Assembly (NCBI RefSeq): GCF_009914755.1
Contig: NC_060931.1
DNA: 64,000 nucleotides
Source of the DNA: the human T2T-CHM13v2.0 reference genome, Homo sapiens
Reading direction: 5' to 3' (one strand)
Position 1 is the stretch's first letter. The number at the start of each line of letters is the position of its first letter. Positions 13,812 through 25,810 of this stretch are shown piece by piece. A model generated the notes under the pieces. The model ran no database searches. It was not told the origin of the DNA and saw only the letters and a list, made by a program, of their open reading frames with translations. The position numbers and the translations under genes are program-made.

Positions 13812-13956
13812 CTGTCACTGAGTGACCTGGTCCTGCGAAGCCCGGCGTGACTGTGCCAACTTTCTCACTTCCTCCATGGGGCCGGAGAAGAAAAATGATA
13901 TGAATGTACAGTGCGCAAGAGGGGGGGCGGGAGGGCGGAGGACGCTGGAGGAGGGG

Positions 13957-13977
13957 CACGTGACGGTGTCAGCCAAT
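13957..13977. promoter_or_regulatory. Bidirectional HOXA1/HOTAIRM1 promoter core: E-box plus CCAAT box in a CpG island
   Basis: CACGTG at 13957-13962 and CCAAT at 13973-13977 lie between the divergent 5' ends. Confidence 0.75.
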
Positions 13978-13992
13978 GGCTGAGCCTCCTGC

Positions 13993-16900
13993 AAAAGTTT
14001 GCCGGCTTCCGCAGTGATGGATCACCGTTTTAGTGGCATTTAAATCCCCGGCGCTCCGCCGTCTAGGTGACGCGCAGTCGCCCCCCCAGGCAGCCTAGGC
14101 GGCGGCAGCTGCTGCGGCGACTGCAAAGGCCGATTTGGAGTGCTGGAGCGAAGAAGAGCAAAAGCTGCGTTCTGCGCGCGCCCGACTCCGCTGCCCGCCC
14201 CGCCAGGCCTCCGGGAGGTGGGGGCTGGGAGGCGTCCCCCGCTCCCGCCCCCTCCCCACCGTTCAATGAAAGATGAACTGGCGAGAGGTGAGAAGGGAAG
14301 AGGGCTCCCGGCTCTCTCGGGGCGGGAATCAGTGGGCCAGAGCTCGCCGGGTGGCCGCAAGTACGCCGGCCCAGCCCGCAGCGCGCCCAGCCGGAAGGCG
14401 GGGAATCCGGCTGACACCGCGCCCCGGGTTCCCAGGCCACCTCCTCTGTTCTGAGGCTGGGCTGGGAGACCGTGGGGCTGTGAGGAGCGCATAGAACCGT
14501 GGTGGAGGGCGAGGCTGGGCCACCGGCTCTTCAAGCTCGGAATGGAGGGGGAAGAGCGCAGAGGGCTGGCTGGGAGGAACTCGGGTGAGCGTGAAGGAGA
14601 CGAGGGCAAGAAAAGAAACTTCCCTTCTTCCAGGAGGGTCTTCGAAACCCTCTCCCCACAGCCCCTCTCGTCATTAGCATGGCAATGAGGAGTTTCTGTA
14701 ATTCGACTTGGAGGGGCGGATGAGCCCTGGAAACTCAGAGCTCGCCGGAAAAGGCCGGGGGCGGCCGGGCTCTTCTTCCCCACCTTCCCTCTCTCGTCGC
14801 TCTCCGCCCCTTTCTCTTTCCCACTCAGTTTTGCACCGGGAGCCCTCCGGGATGCGGAGCTACTCGACCGCCGGATTTTTAGGGGTAGGAGGCGGGGGAG
14901 AGAGATGACGCTGGCGGACGTGGCCAGCGCGGGGGCCGGGCGGTGCGCTGCAGGCCATCTGCCGGCGCCCTGAGACCCAGGAGCCTCCGCGCTCCCGCGT
15001 GGGCCTCAGAGGGCCGGTCCACAGCTCCAACATAGTAGCTGAACTCCCTTCGTTGCGTTCCTCTTTTTCTGGAGGGGAATGTTAGAAGAGAGAGAGAGCT
15101 TCCTTTTATAACCTTCCTCATTCTGCTGCACGTCTAGAGTGGGTGTGGGGGCTGGCAGGTGGGAGGGGCGGTGGACAAATGGCTGATGGTGGACGGGACA
15201 CTTTACCCCAACGACACCTCCTCCCCTTTCCAACTGGCTGTGTAGTTGCTTATGAGAACCTTCAAGTCCTTCCCTAGAGAGACACATGCAAATCTGAGCC
15301 TCATCCCAGGCCAGGGGTCCTGTTCCTCATCACCCTACTTCCCTGAGGCTGCTGAGGTCGTTAAATTGTTGTTTACTATTAGGTTTCACGTCAACCCTGG
15401 GCTTGTAGAGAGAAAAAGCCAAACGGAGACCAAGAATTGATGCAGTCTTGGGTAGGAGAAATCGAGAGCTTGTCCAGGAAGCTTTGCTGTATAAATTATA
15501 AGCAATGCTGTATAAATTTTACTCCAACCATGTGTACAATGTTGGAATCAGATGAAATTTATAGTGAATGAATGTATGTGGGTTTGGGGTTTCCACTCCT
15601 CTTCAGCCTTTCCTCCCGTTAGAACAAGGAAGGTTTTTTTTTTTTCAAGGAAGGTACATTTCAAATATGTTAGTCACCCTTTCAGTCTTCTGTATTCTGT
15701 TCTCCACGTACCGAAGTTCCCCCAAACCTGTCCTCTCAAGAGAAAAAACCCATGCTGACTCTGGACTCCCTCAGTAACAATGAAACATTCTCCCCAAACA
15801 TTTCCTTTCAGAATAGTATTTGTGACTTTGATCCATCCCAAGCATGGTTAAGAGGGAGCACGGGCAGGAAAGGCCCACTTTCTGGGGTTGGGCAGCCACC
15901 CCTGCCCCAGTTTCGGCTCCTGGGAATCCTCCGACTGGAGAAGGGGAAAGGCAAGGCAGTCCTCCTGGAGGCGGCTTCCTTGGGAGCACCAGCTTCCAGC
16001 GGCGGGGAGAGAAGGAGCTCCTGTGGGAGAGGGGGCAGGATGTGAGTAGGTCGGTGCTGGCTATGCGAGCAATCCTCCCTCCAAGCCTGAGCAAGTCGGT
16101 ACATTTTCCCCCGCTGCCTCATTCCTGTACCTTGGTTGCCCTCCTCAGCCTGGGTTTGCAGGACCCCCTCGGCTGCAGGGCGCCTGCCACAAAGCCGACC
16201 CCGGCAGGAGCCACTCTCTCTGCTAGTTCGCTGCCTCGGCCCTGCTCTCCCTCAGCCTCTCTTCTTCTCTCCTGGCCTCTTTTCTGGGGCATCCTGGGTG
16301 GAGTGTTTTTCTTGGGATCACGAGCTTGCACTCGCACACAGGCCCGCAGACACACAGGCCCGGCGGCCGCCCTTCTCCGCTTACTGTTCCCGGCTCCCCG
16401 CAGGCCGGGTGCTCGCAGCCGGGCTGGCTATGCCTCGCCTGGCAGCCCAGAGCGCCGCTCCCCGGGAACAGCACACAAAGGCAGCCTCCCCTGGCCTCTA
16501 GCCCTTAGGCTTCTGTAGCTCAGTTCTTTCCCCACACCCCTCCCCCAAGAAATTCTGGGGGCCGTTCCACCGAGTAGGAGATCCTTGGCCCTCTAGGCAA
16601 GTAGGTCAGCGCCCCAAGACTGGAGCTGGTCTCTTTCAACGCCTTGGGAGACTGGGTGAAAGGCGAGCTTGGTTACGCTTAAAATGATCGCCTACAAGCG
16701 GTTCTCTTGGCTCAAAACGCCTCTTTCAGGGCTCTTATGCTAGAAAGGAAAGGAATAAGGAGGAGATAAAATGACGCCGAGGCCCTGAACTGTTCATGGC
16801 ATCCGCGGCTCAGCCAAGCTGTTGTTTTAAAAGAGCAATAAAAATGAATTATGACTAAACGCCTTCTAACTTAATGCTTTCGGACGGGGATCCCCGGCAA

Positions 16901-18157
16901 ATAACGTAAGAGGATTTTTATTTGTGCATGTGTTCCTGCAATTGATCTCTTTGATGACATTCTCATTCATAGAAAGCGTTTGATTTATGAGCGTAGGACG
17001 AATCGCATCCAGGAGCTGCGCAGCCCTGGCCGCGGCCGGGACGCCCTGCTCCGCGCTGAGCTTGGGGCCAGAAACCAGCCATAGTCCCCACACTCCGCCG
17101 CCGCAGCTAAGATTTAGCGGAGGAAGGGGCGAGGGAAGGTAGGGAGCAAACCTATGAAGAAACATCGCGTTGTCATTGGAACTTCCAAGCCTTTGCTGTT
17201 AAGAGCCAGGTTCTTAAATCAACCCGCCCCACACACATGTTGCTTACATGCTGCGTTTTCTCACGGTAAGTAAGTAGGCATCAGAAGAGAGCTCAGAAAG
17301 GGAAAAATAAACATGGGGAGACCTAACAAGGGAGGGGGGAAAAGCAACAACCCAGTGACACACCCTAGATCACATTTTATTGATATTTCATTTAAAGTGC
17401 TTTTCTCTCTCTCTAGAACCTGCGTTAATTTATAACCTAGGGTGTAGAAACACACCATTTTAAATCTCAACTTGCTAACCTGACTTCGAAGCATTAACGA
17501 TCTATTATTAGCAATGTAAACAGGTTTAAGAATGAAATATTGATTTTTCTGACCCTGAAAAAAAAAAAAAAATCCTAGAGTGACTGAACCAGAGGATTGG
17601 AAAGAACATTTTCTAGGGTGCATTTTCCAGATAGTAATCACTGTTTTGTTTTATTTTTGTTTTTCTCTATCTTTTAGGTCTGTTTTGCCTGAACCCATCA
17701 ACAGCTGGGAGATTAATCAACCACACTGAAAATGTGGAGGGATTTATGGGGGAGGGGGTTGAAATGTGGGTGTTTGAAACAAAAGTGTATAAACAAATGA
17801 ATTGTTGATAACTTAGTTATTGACCTGGAGACTGGTAGCTTATTAAAGAAACTCCATGTTACTCATTCCTGGAGTTGGGGGTTTCTGTAGGCACTTTATT
17901 TCTCCACTTTCAAGAGCTTGGGCTTGGCCCAAATCTTAGACTGTCCAATTCTGCCTCTATTACCAATTTAAATCTATGGCTTGAACCTGTGCACTGAAAA
18001 TCAAATCCTTTAAAAAGAAAGAGGAGAAGAAGAAGCAAAAAAGAAAGAAAAAACACTTATTAGAAGCCCTAGTCATTTTTTGGCTTTCTGTTTTGTTGCT
18101 GTCCATTGAAGACTTTGAACATGCCGCCTTAATAAATGTATTAAAATTGAAAAAAGA
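13993..18157 (+). ncRNA. HOTAIRM1: lncRNA HOTAIRM1; exons about 13993-14287, 16997-17265 (cassette) and 17678-~18157
   Basis: Recognised 5' sequence aaaagtttgccggcttccgcag; donors gag|gtgaga (14287) and acg|gtaagt (17265); acceptors cgtag|gacg (16997) and cttttag|gtct (17678); AATAAA at 18131-18136. Confidence 0.9.
14953..14968 (-). promoter_or_regulatory. Possible CTCF motif in HOTAIRM1 intron 1
   Basis: Minus strand GCGCCGGCAGATGGCC resembles the CCASCAGRKGGC core; motif match only. Confidence 0.35.
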
Positions 18158-18271
18158 AGATAAATTGTGACGAATTTTATTTACGAAGTTAGACTAAAAG
18201 AAGAAAAAGAACCCGTTATGAGCCTTGAAAAAAGAGGGGGAGAAAAATAAGCTACTTATAGCAAAGGAGAA

Positions 18272-18277
18272 TTTATT
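18272..18277 (-). terminator. HOXA2 polyadenylation signal (a second one at 18176-18181)
   Basis: tttatt on plus = AATAAA on minus, about 350 nt after the HOXA2 stop. Confidence 0.75.
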
Positions 18278-18624
18278 CTACAAAAAATATGCATGACAAT
18301 GCATCCCAATGTAATACAAAAATAAAAAGAAAGTGAAGATACAATTATATGATCACTTTCTTGCAGGCCTCATACTGCTCTCAGGAATCACATAAAGGGT
18401 TGTTGAGTTAGGTTTAAAACAACTAAAACTCCAAAATAATCTGTAAAAGATGGCTCTGTTTGAAACTGGGTCAGGGAATCACTAAACAGAAAATCCTCAA
18501 CACTTAAAGGAGGGAAGGGGTAGGTCAAGAAGAAAATAAAAAATAAACTCCCAAATAAAAGAAGGCAAAACCACCTGGTCAAAGGAGTTTTTGTTTGGTG
18601 ATGCTTTGTTTTGCTTTAATGTTT

Positions 18625-19364
18625 TTAGTAATTCAGATGCTGCAAGTCGATTGTGGTGAGTGTGTCTGTAAAAAAGTCTAAGCTGTCAGCTGAAATATCT
18701 ACGGGACTGTCGAGGGAACCTGGCAAACTGGGTGAAACTGCATCTGAAAGCTGCAGGCAGGAATCTGTGGAGAAAACGCTAAAGTCCTGCAAAGAGGGGA
18801 CCTCAAGGGCCTCAGGACTGTCATTGTTTAGGCCAGCTCCACAGTTCTGGCCCATTGTTGACAAGCAGTTGGGAACAGTGGGTGACTGGTGCTGAAAATG
18901 TTTCAGATTTTTCTCATTGCTGGTTAAAGGCGAGACTGGGAAACTTTGGGAGTCGCCATTGTGTCCATTGGGAGCCTGCTGCTGAGAGAGGGCATTTTGC
19001 TGAAAAGTGTAGCCTTCCCTCTCCAGAAGGGCCCCAGAGACGCTAAGGGCTTGCTCAAAGAGCGTCTTCTCTTCCTCGTCCTCCTCTACTTTCTCGGAGT
19101 CCTCAAGGCTTTTACATTTCCCTTCGCTGTTTTGGTTTTCCTTGCACTGGGTCTGCCTCTTGTGCTTCATCCTCCGGTTCTGAAACCACACTTTCACTTG
19201 TCTCTCAGTCAAATCCAGCAGCGCTGCAATCTCCACCCTTCGGGGTCTGCAAAGGTACTTGTTGAAATGAAATTCTTTTTCCAGCTCTAGAAGCTGTGTG
19301 TTGGTGTAAGCAGTTCTCAGGCGCCGCGATCCCCCGCCGCTGCCATCGGCGATTTCCAGGGATT
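18625..19364 (-). CDS. HOXA2: Homeobox protein Hox-A2, coding exon 2 (homeodomain)
   Basis: Acceptor ttccgcag|AA; [58 protein letters not shown]...DLQHLNY*; joined CDS 1131 nt = 376 aa. Confidence 0.99.
18650..18962. promoter_or_regulatory. Probable exonic rhombomere-2 enhancer of HOXA2 (ACAAT/Sox motifs)
   Basis: Minus-strand ACAAT at 18650, 18823, 18854 and 18958 within exon 2; location fits the known coding-region r2 enhancer. Confidence 0.55.
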
Positions 19365-19624
19365 CTGCGGAAAGGGAAACCAACAAGAGACACACGCACA
19401 GTTGGAGGTGGAGGGGTCCGAGCGGGGTTATTCCACTGGAGAATAAATATAGCAGAAAAGATCAACTGCAACAAAATGGCCGCCCCTGGATGCAGTAGAG
19501 CTATTGTGCTGCCTTTCCTGGGAGCCCAGCCTGGGCAGACCCCGTCTCCTCCATCTCTATCGAATTCATGCCTGTGGCTCCCCCCAACCTCTTCATCCGG
19601 GAGCAAACTTTATATTAGCCACAA

Positions 19625-19695
19625 CACAATTTATAATTAATGCGTCAGCTGCTTAGCTGAGCAAGAGCGATCTATCACTCTTCATTACTGTCAAA
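19625..19695. promoter_or_regulatory. HOXA2 intronic rhombomere-4 enhancer (HOX-PBX plus PREP/MEIS sites)
   Basis: Minus-strand TGATAGAT (19670-19677), TGACAG (19688-19693), TGACGCAT (19640-19647) and a TAATTA core. Confidence 0.75.
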
Positions 19696-20008
19696 AAGCC
19701 AAACTCTAGGACAACTAGACAGGAGGAGGTCAGTTCCAACTCAAATAAATCATCCCACATTACACAAGTTCGGGAAAGTTTCCCCCCACTTCCTAAAAAT
19801 ATATATGTCTCATTGTAGAGCGCAGGATCCCCTTTCCTCTCCATCAAACCCACTCCTGAACCCACAGGGGCAGGGACAAGGCAACCAAGCATCTCTCCCT
19901 CTCCTCCTTCTCTCCCAGCCCACTCTCCCCTCCCCCCACAGCCACTCTCGGGGCAGCCCGGAGAAGGAAGAGGGTCCCAGAGACCTGGGGCCAAGTCTTT
20001 GGACTGAC

Positions 20009-20399
20009 CTTTGTGGCTGAGGCAAGCAGGGCCGGTGGCTGCGGCGGTGGCGGCGGCGGCGGCGGCCGGCAGAAGTGCGGTTTTCTTGGCCGCCTTCTTC
20101 TCCTTCATCCAGGGGTACTCGGGCGGCTGCAGGGCGCCGGCGGGCACCGGGCTGCCGCGGCTGCCCGCGGGGCTCGGCTTGGGGCGGCCGCCAGCGCCGT
20201 GGCGAGGGTGACTGCCGGGGTTCAGGCTGGGAATGGTCTGCTCAAAAGGAGGAGGAATCAGTGTCGAGTGTGAAAGCGTCGAGGTCTTGATTGATGAACT
20301 TTGAAATGTATCAGCGACAGGGGGAAAAGATGTCAGGCACTCAGCGAGCGACGGCTGGCTATTGATAAAACCAATCTCTCGCTCAAATTCGTAATTCAT
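20009..20399 (-). CDS. HOXA2: Homeobox protein Hox-A2, coding exon 1
   Basis: [22 protein letters not shown]..., hexapeptide EYPWMK, poly-Ala, donor AAAG|gtcagt; 391 nt. Confidence 0.99.
20288..20297 (+). promoter_or_regulatory. HOX-PBX response element embedded in HOXA2 exon 1 coding sequence
   Basis: TGATTGATGA within the codons for SSIK; matches the known conserved exonic Hox-Pbx element. Confidence 0.7.
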
Positions 20400-20559
20400 G
20401 GCCTTCTCCTTGGAGCCCCCTCAGAGAAAAAGTTCCCTCTTTTGGAGGGGCTTTGGGGGGGCAAGGCCTAGGAAAAAGGCGAGCGCAGAGGAAAAAAAAT
20501 CTATCATAGAATATCGCTGCTAGGGTGTTTTTTTTCTAATTCACTGATTACAGCCGTAT

Positions 20560-20760
20560 GGGGACCGCGCTACTATTAAACTATTGAATTCATGGAGACA
20601 AGGTTGAAATTGGACCGAATTGGCTGTCACATGATTGCTTCTGCCCAATGACAATTTGGGCTTTAATCAAAAGAAGCCACTGTCTGTTTGATTGATCCAA
20701 AAAAGTCGGGAAGGAACGCCTCATTGGGGGCCAGCGAGGCTTTATTTACACTTTTTTCAG
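20560..20760 (-). promoter_or_regulatory. HOXA2 proximal promoter / conserved upstream block
   Basis: TGACAG (20624-20629, minus), E-box CACATG 20628-20633, CCAAT 20645-20649, TGATTGAT 20689-20696. Confidence 0.7.
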
Positions 20761-22842
20761 AGCAAAAATACATATATGTTGGTGTGGGTGGGGATGTCCC
20801 GGAGTACGTGGGGGCGAGGGTGCCTGCGTGCCTCCTGATCTGCAAGGATCTATCTAGTGTGTGTGCCTGGGAGTGTGTGTGTGTGTGTGAATGTGCGCGA
20901 GTGTAAGCCCTGCTGTCGGTCCCGCCGGTGGCTGCCCTCTGCCTCCCCCGCACACTCCGCGCATTGTTTGGGACTGTCGGGAAGACGCCTCGCACCTCAC
21001 AAATCATTTAAGCACCTCAGTCTGACGCCTGCAGTCATTAACAAAGTAATCCATTAATCTTCAAAGTTTTGACACCCGAGGGCCCTGCGTCCCAGCCACA
21101 TAAGTTCTGTTAAAGCAGGAGAAAGGAGCAGAGGAAGAGAGGAGATGAGAGAGGGAGAATAAAGAGAGAGGGAAGAAGAGAGAGTTTGAGAGATGGAGAA
21201 AGAGAAGACAGAAAAGAGAGAAGAAAGGAAAGATTTTGGTTGGGAAGGGGTCTTCCTTTTCTTTCCCTTTTCCTCCTTCACTTTTCCTAAAAGCAGTTCC
21301 TGGATCTCAAAACTGATCTCTCTCGGTCTGTTTTCCTTCCTGTCTGTCCCTTTCCCTCTTTTTCCTCTTCTCCCCCTTTCTCCCTCCCTCTCTCTTCTGT
21401 CCGCCTCCCCTTCTCCCCTCAGCCTCTCGCCCCCCTCCCAGTGTCCAGCCCAGAGTCTGCGCCCCGGGCCCATTGTTAGCAGGCTATTCCACGGCAGCTT
21501 TGCATCTGGCTCCGGCGGGAAGCGGAAAACGGGAGGCGGCTCTCGAAGCTTCCCGACCTTCCTGCGCCATCAACTTCTCAGGAGTGGCTGGAGAAAGATG
21601 CATGTGCCAAGCGAGACAACAACCCCAGGTCCATGTGTCCAAATCCCCGTAGCCAGGGCGGCGGCCAGCCAAAGAAATGCCGCCCCGAGCAGGCGCGTGC
21701 GGCTCCTGGCATTCTGGGTTTCATACCCGTAGGGCTCGGGTGCGGTGAGTATTTCCGATTTCCAGGAAGTCTGTTGGAAGTTACCAGCAGGGAAAGAGAA
21801 GATGCTTGCTCCTCTCTCTCCCTCCCTCTCTCTTTTTTTTCTACCCTTCTTCTTGTCCTTGTCGCTCTGGTTGGGGGCTGGTTGGTTTAGATACAGCGAG
21901 TGCTCCCTGGCAGCCTGAACTGCCTCCCACACCTTCCTGATCCTTGGGCACCGGGGATGTTTGCTTCCGGGTTCTGTGGTGGGAAACAGCACTGCGGGGG
22001 AGAGGAGGCGACCCAAGGAGGAATTATAAAGGTTCTCGTTCTCCTTCATTATCTTTTTTCCAATTCGGAGACTTGAGACTGAGCGCATCTTGGACAGTGC
22101 TAGAGGGTTCAAAAGATAACACCTTTAGGTACCAAAAAATAATTTTTAAAAAATCCACCAAGCCAGAAAGAGGTGAGGAGGCTGAGAGGTAGATCTGGAG
22201 GTACCTCTTTCCCCCCCAAACCCTGAGGATGGTGATTCGCTTTTGCTTCCTTTGAAATAGACTAACTGATCAGACTCCCCCAGGCCGGCAGGCATCAATG
22301 GCAGGAAAATAAATCATTCTGATGGTCAGGGAGAGAGAGGTTGGAGGGGGAGAAAAATCTACGTAGAAAACAAGAAAGGCCAACCAAGGAGCAAAGGCAG
22401 GACCCCATCTCTGAGGCCAGCGTCAAAGAGGGTTTGGGGTGGAAATTAGACATAAGTGGCCTATATCATTGACCAGCCCAGAGCATTGCCTTGCAGATAG
22501 AGATGCTATTTTGGAAAATGTGAGGTTTTTTAGTTTTCTTGCTTTTATTCCAAACAAAGCTCCAAAGGAAGTCTGGGCGCGATCAATCTTGCTCACCAAA
22601 AGCCTTGACAGCTTCTAGCCCTTAAGAACACATTTCAGCTTCCAGCTCCTTCCAAGATAAAATGTGGCCGAGCAAAGAGGAGAGCAGGAAATGCAAGTAA
22701 ATAAGGAAAACTAGTCTTTTAAAAAATATATTTTGGCAGTGAAAAGGGTTATAGGGCTCCTTTTAGGAAGGGTGCTTTGCGAACCCTGGGATGGCAGCTT
22801 TTGGCATCTGCTTTTACCAGAAAATATTACAGGCTTAAGGGA

Positions 22843-22917
22843 ACGTGGGCGGGGGGTGCAGAGAGGGAGCAGCGCTGCCCCCATATCTCTGAGGCTTTGT
22901 CAGGGGCTGCGTGGGTG
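22843..22917. promoter_or_regulatory. HOXA2 rhombomere 3/5 enhancer: two EGR2 (Krox20) sites and BoxA
   Basis: ACGTGGGCG at 22843-22851, GCGTGGGTG at 22909-22917, BoxA CTGACAAAGCC (minus, 22893-22903); about 2.5 kb upstream of the HOXA2 ATG. Confidence 0.8.
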
Positions 22918-24089
22918 AGAGCTTTCTGCTGCCTCAGCCGCCTTAATTCAAATACCGTCTGGAAGAAAACCCTTTTCTTTGACCACTCAACACTGAAATC
23001 TTCCCCAAATCTATTACTTTAACTTATGAGATATTTTAATAAGGATTTCTTTTTAATATCTAGGAAACTGGGGGGTGAAGTCAATACTTTTTTCTTTGAA
23101 AGCCAAAATGAATGTCTTGACTGGTAAGATGCGGGAAATCACATTAGAATCTCATTTTAAAATCTTAGCCCTGGGGGAAGGAGGAAGCCTCCAAACCATC
23201 CCTCCCTCAGCTAAAGAGTAGATTTCAGAAACGTGTTCAAATAGTGATATCCCTGAAGGATCTTCATCCTTAGGTGAATCTCTCCCCTAGCTGTTCCTTA
23301 TCTTTCCAGGTAATTTTACACGTGTCTCTAAGCTGATTACTTAAAAGAAGACTCCTGTATCTGCTTAGCGTGACGAAGAGGTGGAAGCTCTAGTCTTCAC
23401 AAAGCCTGGTTTTGCAGCCTCTGCATTTCTGAGGTGCGCCATATTTTGGCGCAGAGGTTGAGGTGCGGAGAGGAAATCTATTTCTCCCATAGCCCAAACC
23501 CTTTAAAAAGGATATATATATCAGCAGCCTTAGGACAGATATGGGGAAAGCACCTCTGGGTGTGAGAGAAACACTGAGCTCTCCACAGCAGCCTGGCTTG
23601 GCATCCTCCGAGCCTTTTCCTTAAACCATGAGGAGTTTCTCTAAAAGCAGCTCGTTGGGACCCAGCAGGTACCCAGAAATGGCTCCAGTGCCTGCTTCTA
23701 AGGATAATCTGAGGGAGCTTCACAGGGGGAAGATAAAGGCCATGATGATGGATATTTTGGATTGCAAACAAAATGGCGACATTTTCCACTTCTGTCTCTG
23801 AAAGATACAATCCAGGGAGAATAGGGATTTATTTCTCACATCCGATGCTCCTGATCCCCAGACGAAAGCAGTTCCTCGCTTCTAGCTCTGAAGGGGGTGA
23901 TGATGGGGATGCAGGTCTGAGGTCTGCATTTTCTGAATTTGATTCCTTTCTCGAGGAATCCTTAAATCTGAAGATGAAAATATTTCCCTTTACTGTGCCT
24001 TCTTTTGCCTCTTCTAGCCAGTCAGTAAGCAGCCCTATCTTAAATCCAGGAGTGGAAATGTAATATTTAGCTCCTACAACATCAAATGA

Positions 24090-25810
24090 AAAATTTATAA
24101 AATTGCAGTTTTATTACAAAGATACCGATCTCCTTGCTCTCTCCCCCTCCCCCTGGGGCCATAAAAAGAAAGCTGGGTGGGGGAAGGAGAGGAAATAAAT
24201 TCAGAGAATGCCAAATACTACATTCAGCAGGAAGCTAATGCTGGGATTCCGGCAGTCCAGGGAAGGGCTGGCTCAGGGTGACTCTCCCCAGTTCAGTCCT
24301 CCGTTTGCTGGAGACCTGGGTGAGCCTCAGTCCCTTTCAAACTGTTTCGCTCCGCGTGCAGATTTTTGGAGCAATTCTTTCCTCCTGACGCGATAACAGA
24401 CCGCGAAGCATCCCCAGAGGAGACCAGGAGTCCGATTGCTCCCGGAAAGTGCTCGGCATCCTCTGCGCGGCTGGCTAATACCGAGGTTTAGGCGTTAGTT
24501 GGTCCGCTTTGACCCGAGGAAGAGCATGGAGCAGAAGACCGCCCTGCGTTATCCCCCGGCTGGGCCGCGGGGCACCTGTGCGCTCCCGCTGCGCCTTGGG
24601 CCGGGATGTCTTTGTTTCTTCCGTGCACAGCACTCGGCAGCCCCTGCGCCCTCAGCCTGCCTCCGCAGCAGCTGGGAACCGGGCAGCCCAGCTGGCCCGC
24701 CGCACGGCGTTACCAGAGCTGCCGCAGCCGCCTGGAGCCCCAGCCGCCATCCTGAGAATTCGCCGAGCTTCCAGGCGAATAGCCTGGCCAGGCCCCATGC
24801 TGGAGCCAGAGGGCTGCTGCGTCCGGCCTGCTCTGCCGGCTCGCCTCGGCCTGAATTCCACGCAGACCCACGTCTTCGGCCAAAGAACCCCTTCTTAACA
24901 CGGATATTATTCAGAATAAAAACTTTATTTCTTTTTGTTTCTCAGAATGTGAGCAGCAAGGAATGAAGAACTCTCAAAACAAATCTAGTATTTTTCGCGT
25001 TTACAGATTTTTTTTTTCAGTTTTGCCGGATGTTACAAACCTAAATCACTGTTTTCAAAAGCTGGATCTTCTCTGGTTTTATTGCATCGTTACCGTTTAA
25101 AGGAATTATATTTCTCTTTCAAATAAAAAAAATTCTAAGTACGCCAATACACAATTGAACAAAAGGCCCAAGAACCCTTCTGAACCATCAGGGTACAGAA
25201 TTCTTTAATATAAATACGAACGGATGGGGATAAATAATATTTAAAACTTAGATTATTCAATGCTTGCAAAAAAATATAAATAAATCTGACTGTTCACCAG
25301 CATACACACACGGAAAGACGTACACTTAGTCATCCTTGCACAGAGAGCCCCTGTTTCAAAGCGCCTTTGATTTTTTTTCTCACTCTTTACAAGAAGTGCA
25401 ATTAAAAAAAAAATTTAAAATTAAAAAAAGTAATCGCTTCCCCTCGGGAGCCATAATGTAAGAACAAATTCACATTGAAAACTCGACTAGAAAATTTGTT
25501 CATATACCCTGTTTCTGATCAAAGAGTGGAGAAGGTAAAGGGTGCAGGGCCAGTGGCCTATCGAGGAGCAGGAAGAGATAAATATCGCTATGATACAGCC
25601 ATTCCAGCAACCAAGATTGCTACGTCACATAAACTATAAAAACGCCTTACCAACGAGGGGGGAAACCGGGAAACGGAGTGCGGGGCGGAGAAGAGAGAAA
25701 AGGAAGGAAGGAAAGGGCAGGAAGAACCTAAAAAAAAAAAAAAAAAAAGCAACCAAAGAAAAAAGGTGGGTGGGGGGAGACTCTCCTGGCGCGTAGCCCC
25801 AAGCCCACTA
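24090..25810 (-). other. HOXA3: HOXA3 3' UTR with alternative poly(A) signals and a miR-10 site
   Basis: Minus-strand AATAAA at 25078-25083, 24924-24929 and 24110-24115; miR-10 8mer ACAGGGTA at 25505-25512; miR-130/301 seed match at 25395-25401. Confidence 0.7.
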
